From: Spirochaetaceae bacterium
Lineage (GTDB): Bacteria; Spirochaetota; Spirochaetia; DSM-2461
Direction of reading: 5' to 3'
DNA length: 64,000 nt
Assembly: GCA_051531975.1 (NCBI GenBank)
Contig: JAOPTT010000005.1
Coordinates: forward strand, 320,001 to 384,000
In this document: positions 38,485 to 48,202 of the stretch, piece after piece
Position numbering within the stretch: position 1 is the stretch's first letter
Layout of the letters: every line of letters starts with the position of its first letter
Position numbers and translations under genes: made by a program
The notes under the pieces: model-generated
What the model was told of the DNA's origin: nothing
Database searches by the model: none
What the model saw: the letters and a program-made list of their open reading frames with translations, nothing else

Positions 38485-39387
38485 ATGAAAGATTTAGAGG
38501 TTCCCCCGTCCAATTTTAGAAAAGTAGCCAAAGCTCTAGCTGGTGAGATTAGAATTCAAATTTTAGAACTACTTACAAATGAGCAAAAAAACTTAAACGA
38601 GATAGCAACAGCTATAGATATACCCCTATCTACAGCTACAGTGAATGTACAAAAACTAGAGGATGCTGGTCTTATTTCTGCAAAACTTGAACCTGGGAAA
38701 AGGGGAACACAAAAAATTTGTTCACTAAATTTTAATAAAGTTATTTTTGATATTGGTAACAAACAGAATATGGTTCCATTTAAAGAAATAAGTATTCCAG
38801 TTGGACATTTTTCAAATGCAAAAGTTACACCTCCATGTGGTATCTGCACCGATATCCATAGGCTAGGTAAAGTTAACGATTTTAGATCCTACTACCTTCC
38901 TGAAAGGTTAAAAGCCCAACTAATTTGGTTTAATACTGGTTTTTTAGAGTATAATTTTCCTAAAAGTGAAGATATAGACCCTATAGAATCTTTAGAGATA
39001 ATTATGGAGATCTGTTCTGAGGTTCCATATTATAATAACAGTGCTAAATCTGATATCTCAGTATGGATAAATGATATTGATTTAGGTTTTTGGAGATCAC
39101 CTGGTGATTTCGGTGGTAAAAAAGGTCGTCTAACTCCTAAGTGGTGGGGTATACATAAGACACAGTACGGCTTATTAGTAACCTGGAAAATAACCAATAA
39201 TGGAACCTATTGTAATAATAATCTTGTATCTGAAGTTTGTCTAAAACATCTGCAACTAGGGGACAATGCTTTTATATCTGTTAAGATTGGTGTTAAAGAG
39301 GATGCTAAATATGCTAGGGGAATTAACCTCTTTGGTCAGAAATTTGGAAATCATCCTACAGATATTGTAATGAGATTTAATATATAA
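38485..39387 (+). CDS. ArsR-family regulator of sugar catabolism
   Basis: N-terminal HTH (KALAGEIRIQIL), PGKRGTQK, SPGDFGG..GRLTP.WW and GINLFG..FGN; divergent from the GH2 operon. Confidence 0.85.
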   Translation: MKDLEVPPSNFRKVAKALAGEIRIQILELLTNEQKNLNEIATAIDIPLSTATVNVQKLEDAGLISAKLEPGKRGTQKICSLNFNKVIFDIGNKQNMVPFKEISIPVGHFSNAKVTPPCGICTDIHRLGKVNDFRSYYLPERLKAQLIWFNTGFLEYNFPKSEDIDPIESLEIIMEICSEVPYYNNSAKSDISVWINDIDLGFWRSPGDFGGKKGRLTPKWWGIHKTQYGLLVTWKITNNGTYCNNNLVSEVCLKHLQLGDNAFISVKIGVKEDAKYARGINLFGQKFGNHPTDIVMRFNI

Positions 39388-39418
39388 AAAGATTCTTCAT
39401 ATATTCCTCTGTTTTTTG

Positions 39419-39446
39419 TTGACCTTAATGCAATCATGCCATAATA
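39419..39446 (+). promoter_or_regulatory. putative sigma70 promoter of guaC
   Basis: TTGACC...CATAAT at near-canonical spacing. Confidence 0.45.
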
Positions 39447-39486
39447 TTCTTTCGGAACAAATTTTATTCATAAATAGAGGTTGTAT

Positions 39487-40530
39487 ATGCGAATTGAATC
39501 AGAAATTAAATTAGGTTTTAAAGATGTTATGTTTAGACCAAAAAGATCTACATTAAAAAGTAGAAGTCAGGTTGAATTAGTGAGAACATATAACTTTAGA
39601 AATGCAGACAATGGTAATGTCACATGGTCAGGTATTCCAGTAGTTGCTGCAAATATGGATACAGTTGGAACTTTTGAAATGGCAACAGCTATTAGTAAAC
39701 AGAAATTATTAACTGCTGTACATAAACACTATAGCCAAGAAGAGTGGAAAACATATCTAGATAAGTGTGATACACCTGAATATATTATGATTAGTACAGG
39801 AACAAGTGAACACGACTATACTAAACTGGTTAATATAGTAAATGAAAATCCAAAAATTACAATGATCTGTATTGATGTAGCAAATGGTTACTCTGAGCAC
39901 TTTGTAGCATTTGTTAAAAAAGTAAGAAATCAATTTCCAACTAAAGTTATTACAGCTGGTAATGTTGTAACAGGGGAGATGGTCGAAGAACTTATATTAG
40001 CCGGAGCAGATATTATTAAGGTTGGAATAGGACCTGGTTCAGTTTGTACTACACGGGTAAAAACAGGTGTTGGTTATCCACAAATTTCCGCAATTATTGA
40101 GTGTGCAGATGCTGCCCATGGTCTTGGTGGACATATTATTGCAGATGGTGGTTGTACATGTCCTGGAGATGTATCTAAAGCTTTTGGTGCTGGTGCAGAT
40201 TTTGTAATGTTAGGTGGAATGTTATCTGGTCACAAAGAGAGTGGTGGAGAAGTTACAGAACGAGATGGCCAAAAATATGTGAGTTTTTATGGAATGAGTA
40301 GTAAAGTGGCTATGGATAAACATGCTGGTGGAGTTGCTAATTATAGAGCTTCTGAAGGCAAAGCCGTTGAAGTTAAATATAGAGGTCCTGTAGACAATAC
40401 TCTTAACGATATATTAGGTGGAGTTAGATCTACATGTACTTATGTTGGTGCCGCAACTTTAAAAGAGTTAACTAAAAGAACTACATTTATTCGAGTTCAG
40501 GAACAAGAAAACCAAGTTTTTAACGGGTAA
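39487..40530 (+). CDS. guaC: GMP reductase
   Basis: MRIE...[42 protein letters not shown] and YRASEGK motifs. Confidence 0.96.
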   Translation: MRIESEIKLGFKDVMFRPKRSTLKSRSQVELVRTYNFRNADNGNVTWSGIPVVAANMDTVGTFEMATAISKQKLLTAVHKHYSQEEWKTYLDKCDTPEYIMISTGTSEHDYTKLVNIVNENPKITMICIDVANGYSEHFVAFVKKVRNQFPTKVITAGNVVTGEMVEELILAGADIIKVGIGPGSVCTTRVKTGVGYPQISAIIECADAAHGLGGHIIADGGCTCPGDVSKAFGAGADFVMLGGMLSGHKESGGEVTERDGQKYVSFYGMSSKVAMDKHAGGVANYRASEGKAVEVKYRGPVDNTLNDILGGVRSTCTYVGAATLKELTKRTTFIRVQEQENQVFNG

Positions 40531-40550
40531 TTATATTTAGTAAATTAAGG

Positions 40551-40586
40551 TCTTTCCGGATATGAAATTTTATCTGGAAAGATTTT
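40551..40586 (+). terminator. terminator after guaC
   Basis: TCTTTCCGGATA...TATCTGGAAAGA hairpin followed by Ts. Confidence 0.6.
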
Positions 40587-40634
40587 CAACTTTGTAGATT
40601 TTAGCATTATAAAATGATATTATAAAAAGATAAC

Positions 40635-40973
40635 ATGTCAAAAAAAATACCTTTACTTTTTACTTTATATTTTCTCTTTTTATGGGGTGGTCAACTCTCA
40701 TCTGGAAAGGCATCTTTAGAACCTAATATTGTCAATTTATATCTGATTCCTCTCTATATATGTTTTTTTTCAAGGGCAATAATTTGGTTCATTATTTTAA
40801 AAAAAATGGATTTAATAAAAGCTTATACAATATCTAGTATTAACTATCTGATAATGCCATTACTCTCTTTTTTAGTTTTTGGGGAACTTTTTAAACCTAA
40901 ACATTTTATTGGTGGTTCTATAATAATTATAGGGATCTGGATTTACAAAATGGGGGAGAAAAAAACAGTATGA
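40635..40973 (+). CDS. SMR/EamA-type small membrane protein (ArnE/ArnF-like)
   Basis: 112 aa, 4 TM; W..ILKKMDL.KAY and FGE.......IG..II..GI pattern. Confidence 0.7.
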   Translation: MSKKIPLLFTLYFLFLWGGQLSSGKASLEPNIVNLYLIPLYICFFSRAIIWFIILKKMDLIKAYTISSINYLIMPLLSFLVFGELFKPKHFIGGSIIIIGIWIYKMGEKKTV

Positions 40974-41290
40974 CGTTAATCTATATGTTAATAATGTGCA
41001 TTTTAACCTCAAGTGGCCAGATTCTAGTAAAAAAAGGGATAAACAAGGGTAATAAAAGATATTATCTTGAGCCATATATCATAACCGGGGGATTATTAAT
41101 AGTTATCGCTCCAATGTTATACCTGAAAGTTCTAAGTAGAATTGGGCTTACTAATGCATACGGTTTAAATGGCTTAAGTTACCTTATTATATACTTTATG
41201 AGTATCGTCTTTTTGAAAGAGAAAGGCAGTGTTTTGCAAACTGTAGGAATTATTTGTATAACTATAGGGGTTCTTATTTGGTCGATCTAA
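40970..41290 (+). CDS. SMR/EamA-type small membrane protein (ArnE/ArnF-like)
   Basis: 106 aa; GQILVKKG, L..AY, FLKE......GI..I..GV pattern. Confidence 0.72.
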   Translation: MTLIYMLIMCILTSSGQILVKKGINKGNKRYYLEPYIITGGLLIVIAPMLYLKVLSRIGLTNAYGLNGLSYLIIYFMSIVFLKEKGSVLQTVGIICITIGVLIWSI

Positions 41291-42009
41291 CTATAATAAT
41301 CCCAGTGTATAATGGGTTGCAAAATATTGAACCACTTTTAAAAGAGTTAGTTCCAAAACTTGAAACTTTAAATAAAAATTGGAATATTCTTTTTATAGAT
41401 GACCATAGCACAGATAATGCCTTTGATTTTCTAATAGAGCAAAATTTTTTAGATTCAAGAATTTCTTGTATAAGATTAAAAGACAATAGGGGACAACAAA
41501 ATGCAGTTTTTTGTGGATTAGTTCAGTCAAAAGGCAGACATGTGATCACAATGGATGATGATCTTCAACACCCTATAAAAACAGTAGATAACTTATTAGA
41601 AAAAATAGAAGAGGGGTATGACCTGGTTTATGCTGTTAATAGAAGCTCTGATAGGAGACTTTCTCTAAGATTTGGTTCATGGATAAATGGCCTATTTTTC
41701 ACTTTTTTTTTAAAAAAACCATATAAAATTGAAATAGGTAGCTATCGCATATTTACAAGGGAATTAATAGATGAGATAAAAGTTTGTGATAATAGATTTA
41801 TATATGTCTCCGCACTTATATTTTCAAAAGTTAAAGATCCTAAGATTTTTTCTTTAACTTATACCCCAACTATTACAGGTAGTAAAATTAGTAGAATTAA
41901 TTTTAAAAGTAGATTGAAGTTATTCATTATGTTATTCAAAAATTACGGTCCCTTAAAGCGCTTTTTAAAAGTGATTGGTGAACCTTTTGAAATAGAGAAG
42001 GTTATATGA
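41278..42009 (+). CDS. GT2 polyprenol-phosphate glycosyltransferase (ArnC/GtrB/DPM1-like, no C-terminal TMs)
   Basis: IIIPVYN, IDDHSTD, NRGQQNA..CGL and TMDDDLQHP motifs; start placed at TTG 41278 after AGGGG. Confidence 0.88.
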   Translation: MVDLTIIIPVYNGLQNIEPLLKELVPKLETLNKNWNILFIDDHSTDNAFDFLIEQNFLDSRISCIRLKDNRGQQNAVFCGLVQSKGRHVITMDDDLQHPIKTVDNLLEKIEEGYDLVYAVNRSSDRRLSLRFGSWINGLFFTFFLKKPYKIEIGSYRIFTRELIDEIKVCDNRFIYVSALIFSKVKDPKIFSLTYTPTITGSKISRINFKSRLKLFIMLFKNYGPLKRFLKVIGEPFEIEKVI

Positions 42010-43253
42010 TTTTACATATGTTAGGTGGCGGGCCAGCCCAAGTTAGTGTTATTAAAAGATCAAAACAGAAGGGATTTAAAGTAATTGTTTCAGATCTAGA
42101 CCCTAAAGCTCCCGGGTTTGATTTTTCAGATTATAACTCTTTAGCCAGTACTTTTGATGGTGAGGCTGTTTTTAAAGATGCTAAAAGGTACAGATCTTCA
42201 TTTTTAATGACTACAGGAACAGATCAACCAGTTTTAACAGCTGCTAGAGTTTCAAAACAGTTAAATTTACCATATTTCCTTACACCAGATCAGGCTCTAA
42301 TTGTTACAAATAAAAAAACTATGAAAACTAAGATGGTGGATTGTGGTATACCAACTATGCCATTTGTACTTTTATATAAGGATTTTAAGGACAACGAATT
42401 AGATCCCCTGACCTTTCCTTTAGTTATAAAACCATTAGATAGCCAGGGGCAAAGAGGCATTTTAAAGGTATATTCGATAGAAGAAATACGTGATAATTTT
42501 GAAACAGTTCTTAGCTTTTCAAGGGAAGATCAGATCTTAGCCGAGGAGTATTATGAATCAGAGGAAATTACTGTAAGTGGATGGGTAGAAGATGGGAAAG
42601 CCATAACATTTATAATTACTGACAGAGTTACAATAGATAATGGACCACATCTAGGAGTCTGTATTTCTCACCGTTATCCATCTCTATTTCATGATAAAGA
42701 GGAAAAAATAAATAGTTTAGTGCAATCCATTACAGATATGATCGGTTTAAAATCAGGACCTATATATTTCCAAATACTTGCAGGGGATAAAGGTTTTATT
42801 GTAAATGAGATAGCTTGCAGATTAGGTGGAGCATACGAAGATGAATTTATACCAGCGATGTGCGGTATTCCACTAATGGATATTATGATTGAAATAACAG
42901 CTGGAATTAAATATAATCTATTAGAACAGAATCAAATAAACAATAATTTAAAAGGTAAAATTTTATCACTTCAGATGTTTTTTTCTAGACCAGGGATTCT
43001 ACACAAATTAGATGGTATGGATAAAATTCTAACTATAGATGGAGTTTTAAATGGTAGTTTTCTTCTAAAAAAAGGAACTGTTATAGGTTCTAGAGAAAAC
43101 TCTACACAACGGGTTGGATATTTTATTGTTATATCTTCAACTAAGGCTGAAGTAAACAGAATAATTTTAGAAGTTTATGATTCTCTTATTCTAGAAAATG
43201 AATCAGGTGATTCAATGTTACAAATTAATGAAAGGATGTTATTTCCAATATGA
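42006..43253 (+). CDS. ATP-grasp domain protein
   Basis: LGGGPAQ, NKKTMK, FPLVIKPLDSQGQRG, EEY...EITV and NEIACRLGG motifs. Confidence 0.88.
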   Translation: MILHMLGGGPAQVSVIKRSKQKGFKVIVSDLDPKAPGFDFSDYNSLASTFDGEAVFKDAKRYRSSFLMTTGTDQPVLTAARVSKQLNLPYFLTPDQALIVTNKKTMKTKMVDCGIPTMPFVLLYKDFKDNELDPLTFPLVIKPLDSQGQRGILKVYSIEEIRDNFETVLSFSREDQILAEEYYESEEITVSGWVEDGKAITFIITDRVTIDNGPHLGVCISHRYPSLFHDKEEKINSLVQSITDMIGLKSGPIYFQILAGDKGFIVNEIACRLGGAYEDEFIPAMCGIPLMDIMIEITAGIKYNLLEQNQINNNLKGKILSLQMFFSRPGILHKLDGMDKILTIDGVLNGSFLLKKGTVIGSRENSTQRVGYFIVISSTKAEVNRIILEVYDSLILENESGDSMLQINERMLFPI

Positions 43254-44182
43254 AAAAAATTATTATGTTACTATTAGCTATAAGTTTGCTTCTAATGGGT
43301 TCATGTTCAAAAAACTATGGAGAAGATAAAACCATTAGCGTAGCAGTACAATATGGACTTGCATATTCACCTCTACACATAATGAAAGAAAAAGGCTTTT
43401 TAGAAGAGTTAAGACCAGATGTAGAAGTTAAATGGTTAAAACTTGGAAATACTGCTTCAATTAGAGAAGCTATGTTATCAGGGGATTTAGATGCAGGATT
43501 TATGGGAATACCTCCTTTTTTAATTGGTAGGGATAAAGGTATGGAATGGAAAATAGCTACTGGATTATCTAGTTCACCATTAGGGTTAGTAATTCCTGTT
43601 GGTTCTTATTCGTCACTATCTGATTTTGATAAAAACTCTAAAATTGCGTTACCACAACCAGGAAGTATACAGCATATACTATTATCAATGGCAGCAGAAA
43701 AGCAGCTTGGAAATGCAACAATACTAGATAACAATTTAATTGCACTTAAACATCCAGATGGGTTAAACGCTCTACTATCTGGTTCTGTTAATGCTCATTT
43801 TACTTCTCCTCCATATCTTTTTAAAGAAGCTGATAATAAGGACTTTGAAATCCTAATAACAGGGGATGATGCAATGGGAGAACCTTTCACTTTTATAGTA
43901 GGGGTTGTTACAGAGAAGTTTAAAAAAGATAATCCTGGTTTATATAAGGATTACCTAAAGGCTTTAGACAAATCTATGGATTTTATTAGTAATAATCAAA
44001 AGGAATCAGTAGAGATCTTAGCAGAAGCTTTCTCTATGGAACCCGATCTGTTAAAAGAGTATTTATATCGACCTGGGATGTTATTTAATAACTCTGTTAA
44101 AGGGCTTGATCGTTTTATATCATTTATGACCACAGAGGGATATTTAAAAAATGAATTAACATCGGAAAGTATTAGCTTTTGA
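43250..44182 (+). CDS. NitT/TauT/SsuA-type ABC substrate-binding lipoprotein
   Basis: Lipobox MGSC; QYGLAY.P, EAMLSGDLD and KIALPQPGSIQH motifs. Confidence 0.85.
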   Translation: MKKIIMLLLAISLLLMGSCSKNYGEDKTISVAVQYGLAYSPLHIMKEKGFLEELRPDVEVKWLKLGNTASIREAMLSGDLDAGFMGIPPFLIGRDKGMEWKIATGLSSSPLGLVIPVGSYSSLSDFDKNSKIALPQPGSIQHILLSMAAEKQLGNATILDNNLIALKHPDGLNALLSGSVNAHFTSPPYLFKEADNKDFEILITGDDAMGEPFTFIVGVVTEKFKKDNPGLYKDYLKALDKSMDFISNNQKESVEILAEAFSMEPDLLKEYLYRPGMLFNNSVKGLDRFISFMTTEGYLKNELTSESISF

Positions 44183-44949
44183 AACTGCTAAAATATTGGT
44201 GGTTATTATTAATAATACTACTCTGGCAAATAATATACTCACTTAATTTAGTGCCAGCTTTAGTATTCCCATCATTAACAGAGATAGTTTATGTACTCTA
44301 TTCAGATATTGTTTCAGGGGTTTTAATAAAAGCAGTTTTATTCTCTCTCTTAGTAATTATATGTGCATTTATTCCATCTATGTTTTTAGGTTTTGTAATG
44401 GCATTTTTATCATATCGTTTTAAATCCGTAGATAAGGTCACAGAAAAATTATCATCTATAGCACATCCTCTACCTGGTATAGCCCTATTGCCACTTCTAA
44501 TAATTTGGACAGGTCTTGGAATACATGTAATTGTTTTAATTGTAATACACTCAGTTTTGTGGCCGTTTTATGTAAATATTCGAAGTGGTTTTAATCAGGT
44601 ACCCCAGTTATGGATAGATTTGGGACGTAATAATAGAATAAATAAAAGGGATGAGTTTTTACATATTTTATTACCTGCAGCTTTCCCAAGTATTCTCTCC
44701 GGTCTGAAAATAGCCTGGGCTAGGGCTTGGAGAGCTGTAATAAGCGCAGAGATGATCTACGGAACAATTGGTGGTGCTGGAGGTCTTGGTTGGTTTATTT
44801 ATAATAAACGTATTTTTATGGATACTCCAGGACTGTACGGTGGGATATTCTTGTTAATGATTATAGGTCTTTTAGTTGAGAAAGTTTTTTTTAGTAAACT
44901 TGAGAGGAAAACAAACCTATACTGGGGAGATTCTAATGGATCTAATTAA
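44179..44949 (+). CDS. NitT/TauT ABC permease
   Basis: PLPGIALLPL...W.G.G, LPAAFPSILSGLKIAWARAWR...AEM motifs. Confidence 0.9.
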   Translation: MKLLKYWWLLLIILLWQIIYSLNLVPALVFPSLTEIVYVLYSDIVSGVLIKAVLFSLLVIICAFIPSMFLGFVMAFLSYRFKSVDKVTEKLSSIAHPLPGIALLPLLIIWTGLGIHVIVLIVIHSVLWPFYVNIRSGFNQVPQLWIDLGRNNRINKRDEFLHILLPAAFPSILSGLKIAWARAWRAVISAEMIYGTIGGAGGLGWFIYNKRIFMDTPGLYGGIFLLMIIGLLVEKVFFSKLERKTNLYWGDSNGSN

Positions 44950-45736
44950 TGTTAAAAAAATATCATTCTCTTATATAAAAGATAATACAAAGTACCAGAT
45001 ATTTAAAGATTTTGACTTAAATTTAAAAAGGGGTTCATTTACAACAATTTTAGGGCCATCTGGCTGTGGAAAGAGTACACTTTTAGGTCTACTTTCAGGC
45101 TTTAAGAGACCAGATACTGGAGAAATACTTTTTAATGGAAATAAAATCGACTCTCCATTTCCCGAGGGGCAAGTTATATTTCAAGATACTGGACAGTTAT
45201 TACCTTGGCTTACTGTTAAAAAAAACATCATGTTTCCCAGGTATAGAAATAGTTTGTTAAGTAAAAAAAACAGACTAACAGAGAGTGATTTTAACCTATT
45301 AAATAACCTATTAGAATCTACTGGGTTATTAGAATATGAGGAGTATCATCCAAATCAGTTATCCGGTGGACTAAAACAGAGAGTATCACTGGTGAGGTCA
45401 ATTTTTGCAAAGTCAGAAATCATATTTATGGATGAACCATTTGTTAGTTTAGATGCTCCTTCTAGGTTTGAACTACAGAAGTTATTATTAAAATTGTGGA
45501 AATCCCAGGGAAAAACTGTCCTGTTTGTGACTCATGATATTTCAGAAGCACTACTGTTATCCGATCAGATTTTAATATTTTCCGGGGATAATAAAAGCAT
45601 AGATTTGGTAGATAATAAAATTAACAGACCTCGAAATAGAGATGATCAGGAATTTATTGATGAAAAATTACGAATTTACTCTTTAATAGATAGTATCGGT
45701 AACTCCGATACTATCGGAGTTACCGATACAATCTGA
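44936..45736 (+). CDS. NitT/TauT ABC ATP-binding protein
   Basis: GPSGCGKST, LSGGLKQR, MDEPF and VTHDISEA; ATG at 44936 after GGGGAG. Confidence 0.92.
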   Translation: MDLINVKKISFSYIKDNTKYQIFKDFDLNLKRGSFTTILGPSGCGKSTLLGLLSGFKRPDTGEILFNGNKIDSPFPEGQVIFQDTGQLLPWLTVKKNIMFPRYRNSLLSKKNRLTESDFNLLNNLLESTGLLEYEEYHPNQLSGGLKQRVSLVRSIFAKSEIIFMDEPFVSLDAPSRFELQKLLLKLWKSQGKTVLFVTHDISEALLLSDQILIFSGDNKSIDLVDNKINRPRNRDDQEFIDEKLRIYSLIDSIGNSDTIGVTDTI

Positions 45737-47253
45737 TCTACTCTGTATATTTTTACATTCCACTGCTTTAAATACCTTAAAGCAACGATACGATTACCAT
45801 ATCCAGGACTATTAAATTGATTTATTAATTCACAGTTATTCTCTATAAAAGTATTAAGTCTAGGAAACCAATCCGATGTATTACCATATAATACATTCCA
45901 ATAAGGTCTATTTTTGTAAATATAATATAGCTCATCTGGGATTATAATATATTCAATGTCTCTATCAGTTATATATTTCCTAAGGGTTAAATTATTTTCT
46001 TTTAAATAATGAAGGTTTCTCCAGTCATAAATATTCCCATCGGCAAATCCATAATCGTTAATAATTCCACATAGAACATTGGAATCTGAGGGAATGATTT
46101 TTGTAATTTGATTAAGATAACTATGATAACTCTCTTTTTCTCTGTTTATCTCTATAATAGAAAAAAACAGAGTTAAGAAAAGTAGGGGAGTCATAAATAG
46201 TAATTTAAACTTTTTACTTTCTATTAATATATCTATAAATATGGCGACTGAAATATAGTAAAATGGTGTTAACAACCCTATCGATGGCTGACTATATTTT
46301 CCAATAATAAATAGTCCAATATTAAACCCAAAAAAACCAATAATACTTATTATATTCCTCCTTTTTAAGATTGGAAAAAGTAGGAATATAGGGAACAGTA
46401 ACATTTGCATTTTAATATTTGGATTGTGATATGTTCCACTAATCTGATTAAATATTTTACTATAAAAATTAGGTAACTTTAATAGTTTAACATCGGTTGT
46501 ATCTAATACTCCTAATGGTTTTCCATATGTTAAATAATCTTGTATAAAATTTGGATTAAAACTAAAACTTAAAGCTACAAAAATAGATGTCATAAAAAGA
46601 GTCGAGAATATAAAAATAACTCCTTCAGATAGTTGTCTACGACCTCTAAATATTTCTATTAAAAAGTAGAGTCCAATAGGCCAAGCTATAATAAAACTAT
46701 TTGGATGGAAGCCAACAGATAGTCCTAAAATTAAACCTGTTAATAATCCTCTCTGTTTAGGTTTTATAGATCTGTTTAATAGTATATTTAACATTAATAA
46801 TGTAAAAAAAATTAAGAATATTTCTTGTCTACCTAAGTGTGATAAGTATAAAAATAGTGTATCTACCGAGCAGATAACCATAACAAAGAGTGCTATTAAA
46901 GACTTTTTATCTGTTTTGAATACTTTTAATATAACTTTATATAGTAGAAGTAAGCAGAATATTCCTGTTACAAGAGACAAAAGTCTAATAGTAAAAATAG
47001 AGTAAGAAAATATTTTAATAAAACTTATTTGTAATAGATGGAATAAAGTTTTTATTCCATGGGGATGTCGTTCATATAAGTCAAAAAAATCTTCAGTACT
47101 GTTTACTGAATTATTAGAGATCATTGATCTGCTTAAACCACTTAACCACGGTTCATCTGAATGAACAGATGGATACCTAGTTAAAAAAAGTAAATTTATT
47201 ACAAACCATAGTGGAAGATAGACATAAACTAGATAATGTACTTTGATTTTCAT
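45676..47253 (-). CDS. ArnT/PMT-like (GT-C fold) membrane glycosyltransferase
   Basis: DEPW motif after TM1, RLLS, GRQE and GLSVGFHP; about 12 TM segments plus a soluble C-terminal domain. Confidence 0.78.
   Translation of the reverse strand: MKIKVHYLVYVYLPLWFVINLLFLTRYPSVHSDEPWLSGLSRSMISNNSVNSTEDFFDLYERHPHGIKTLFHLLQISFIKIFSYSIFTIRLLSLVTGIFCLLLLYKVILKVFKTDKKSLIALFVMVICSVDTLFLYLSHLGRQEIFLIFFTLLMLNILLNRSIKPKQRGLLTGLILGLSVGFHPNSFIIAWPIGLYFLIEIFRGRRQLSEGVIFIFSTLFMTSIFVALSFSFNPNFIQDYLTYGKPLGVLDTTDVKLLKLPNFYSKIFNQISGTYHNPNIKMQMLLFPIFLLFPILKRRNIISIIGFFGFNIGLFIIGKYSQPSIGLLTPFYYISVAIFIDILIESKKFKLLFMTPLLFLTLFFSIIEINREKESYHSYLNQITKIIPSDSNVLCGIINDYGFADGNIYDWRNLHYLKENNLTLRKYITDRDIEYIIIPDELYYIYKNRPYWNVLYGNTSDWFPRLNTFIENNCELINQFNSPGYGNRIVALRYLKQWNVKIYRVDQIVSVTPIVSELPILSIKE
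45693..45729. repeat. perfect 37-bp palindrome inside a convergent CDS overlap
   Basis: GTATCGGTAACTCCGATA-C-TATCGGAGTTACCGATAC. Confidence 0.9.
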
Positions 47254-47264
47254 GTTGATAAGTA

Positions 47265-47298
47265 TATTAGTTGCTCTAACTTAATAGAGCAACTAATA
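47265..47298 (-). terminator. terminator of the sulfur-relay operon
   Basis: TATTAGTTGCTCTA-ACTTAA-TAGAGCAACTAATA. Confidence 0.75.
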
Positions 47299-47301
47299 AT
47301 A

Positions 47302-48180
47302 TTAAATTGTTGGTAAACCTTCGTTTGACCAACCAGAAGTTCCTGTTCCAGGAGTTCCCATACCACTTTTAACAGATACTGCGTCGTATCCAAGTAGTCT
47401 TAATATACCTACAGTCTGACCTGCAGTTTGACCAGAATAACAGTAAACATATACTTTTTTATCTTTTGGAAGATCAGTGAAGTTTACTTGCATTCCAGCA
47501 CCAAAAGGAATGTTAATTGCACTTTCAATGTGTGATTCAGCATAAGCATCAGGTTTTCTGATTGAAACAATAGCCATATCTTCGTCTGCGTCTAACATCT
47601 CTTTAAGTTTTGCAGCTGCAATTATGTTGCTACCAGTTTCAGGGATAGCATTAAAGTAAGCTTCTACAGCAGCTTTAACATCAGCATCGTATGAAACACC
47701 AGATGCATCAGGACTCATATTCATATCAAGTTCTGTGTAAGATTGGTAACCTTCTGTTTTAGCAATACCAAGTTTCCAACCATACTTAATAGATTGTGCC
47801 TGGATTCCAGCTACATTAAGAGCCGCAACTGCTTGACCAGCAGTTTGACCTGAGTAACAATTTACATAAACTGGTTTATCGTCTGGTAACCACTCAAGTG
47901 CTTTAGCAATTGCAGGTCCCCAAGGAGCATTTACAGCGCCTTTTAAGTGTCCTGCATCGTAATCTACAGACTTTCTGATATCAAGGATTAAGAAGTCTTT
48001 TTTAGCATCCATTGCTTCAAATACTTTAGCCGCAGGAATTATTCTTGCTCCAGGGTAATCTGCAAAGTAATCATTAGCTGCATCTTGTACAGCACTCGAT
48101 GTTACCTCTTTTTGTCCTTCTGCTACTAACACCATAGTTGTTAGTGATAGAATCATAAGTAGTGTAATGATTTTTTTCAT
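47302..48180 (-). CDS. exported tandem rhodanese-domain protein
   Basis: Signal peptide; two repeats, each with a GH.KGA.N.P-like motif and an active-site loop CYSGQTAG. Confidence 0.88.
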   Translation of the reverse strand: MKKIITLLMILSLTTMVLVAEGQKEVTSSAVQDAANDYFADYPGARIIPAAKVFEAMDAKKDFLILDIRKSVDYDAGHLKGAVNAPWGPAIAKALEWLPDDKPVYVNCYSGQTAGQAVAALNVAGIQAQSIKYGWKLGIAKTEGYQSYTELDMNMSPDASGVSYDADVKAAVEAYFNAIPETGSNIIAAAKLKEMLDADEDMAIVSIRKPDAYAESHIESAINIPFGAGMQVNFTDLPKDKKVYVYCYSGQTAGQTVGILRLLGYDAVSVKSGMGTPGTGTSGWSNEGLPTI

Positions 48181-48202
48181 ATATTGTCTCCTTTTAAAAT
48201 AA

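Noticed and set aside
39388..39486. Purine riboswitch before guaC
   Set aside because: The region is too short once the promoter is placed and lacks the purine aptamer core.
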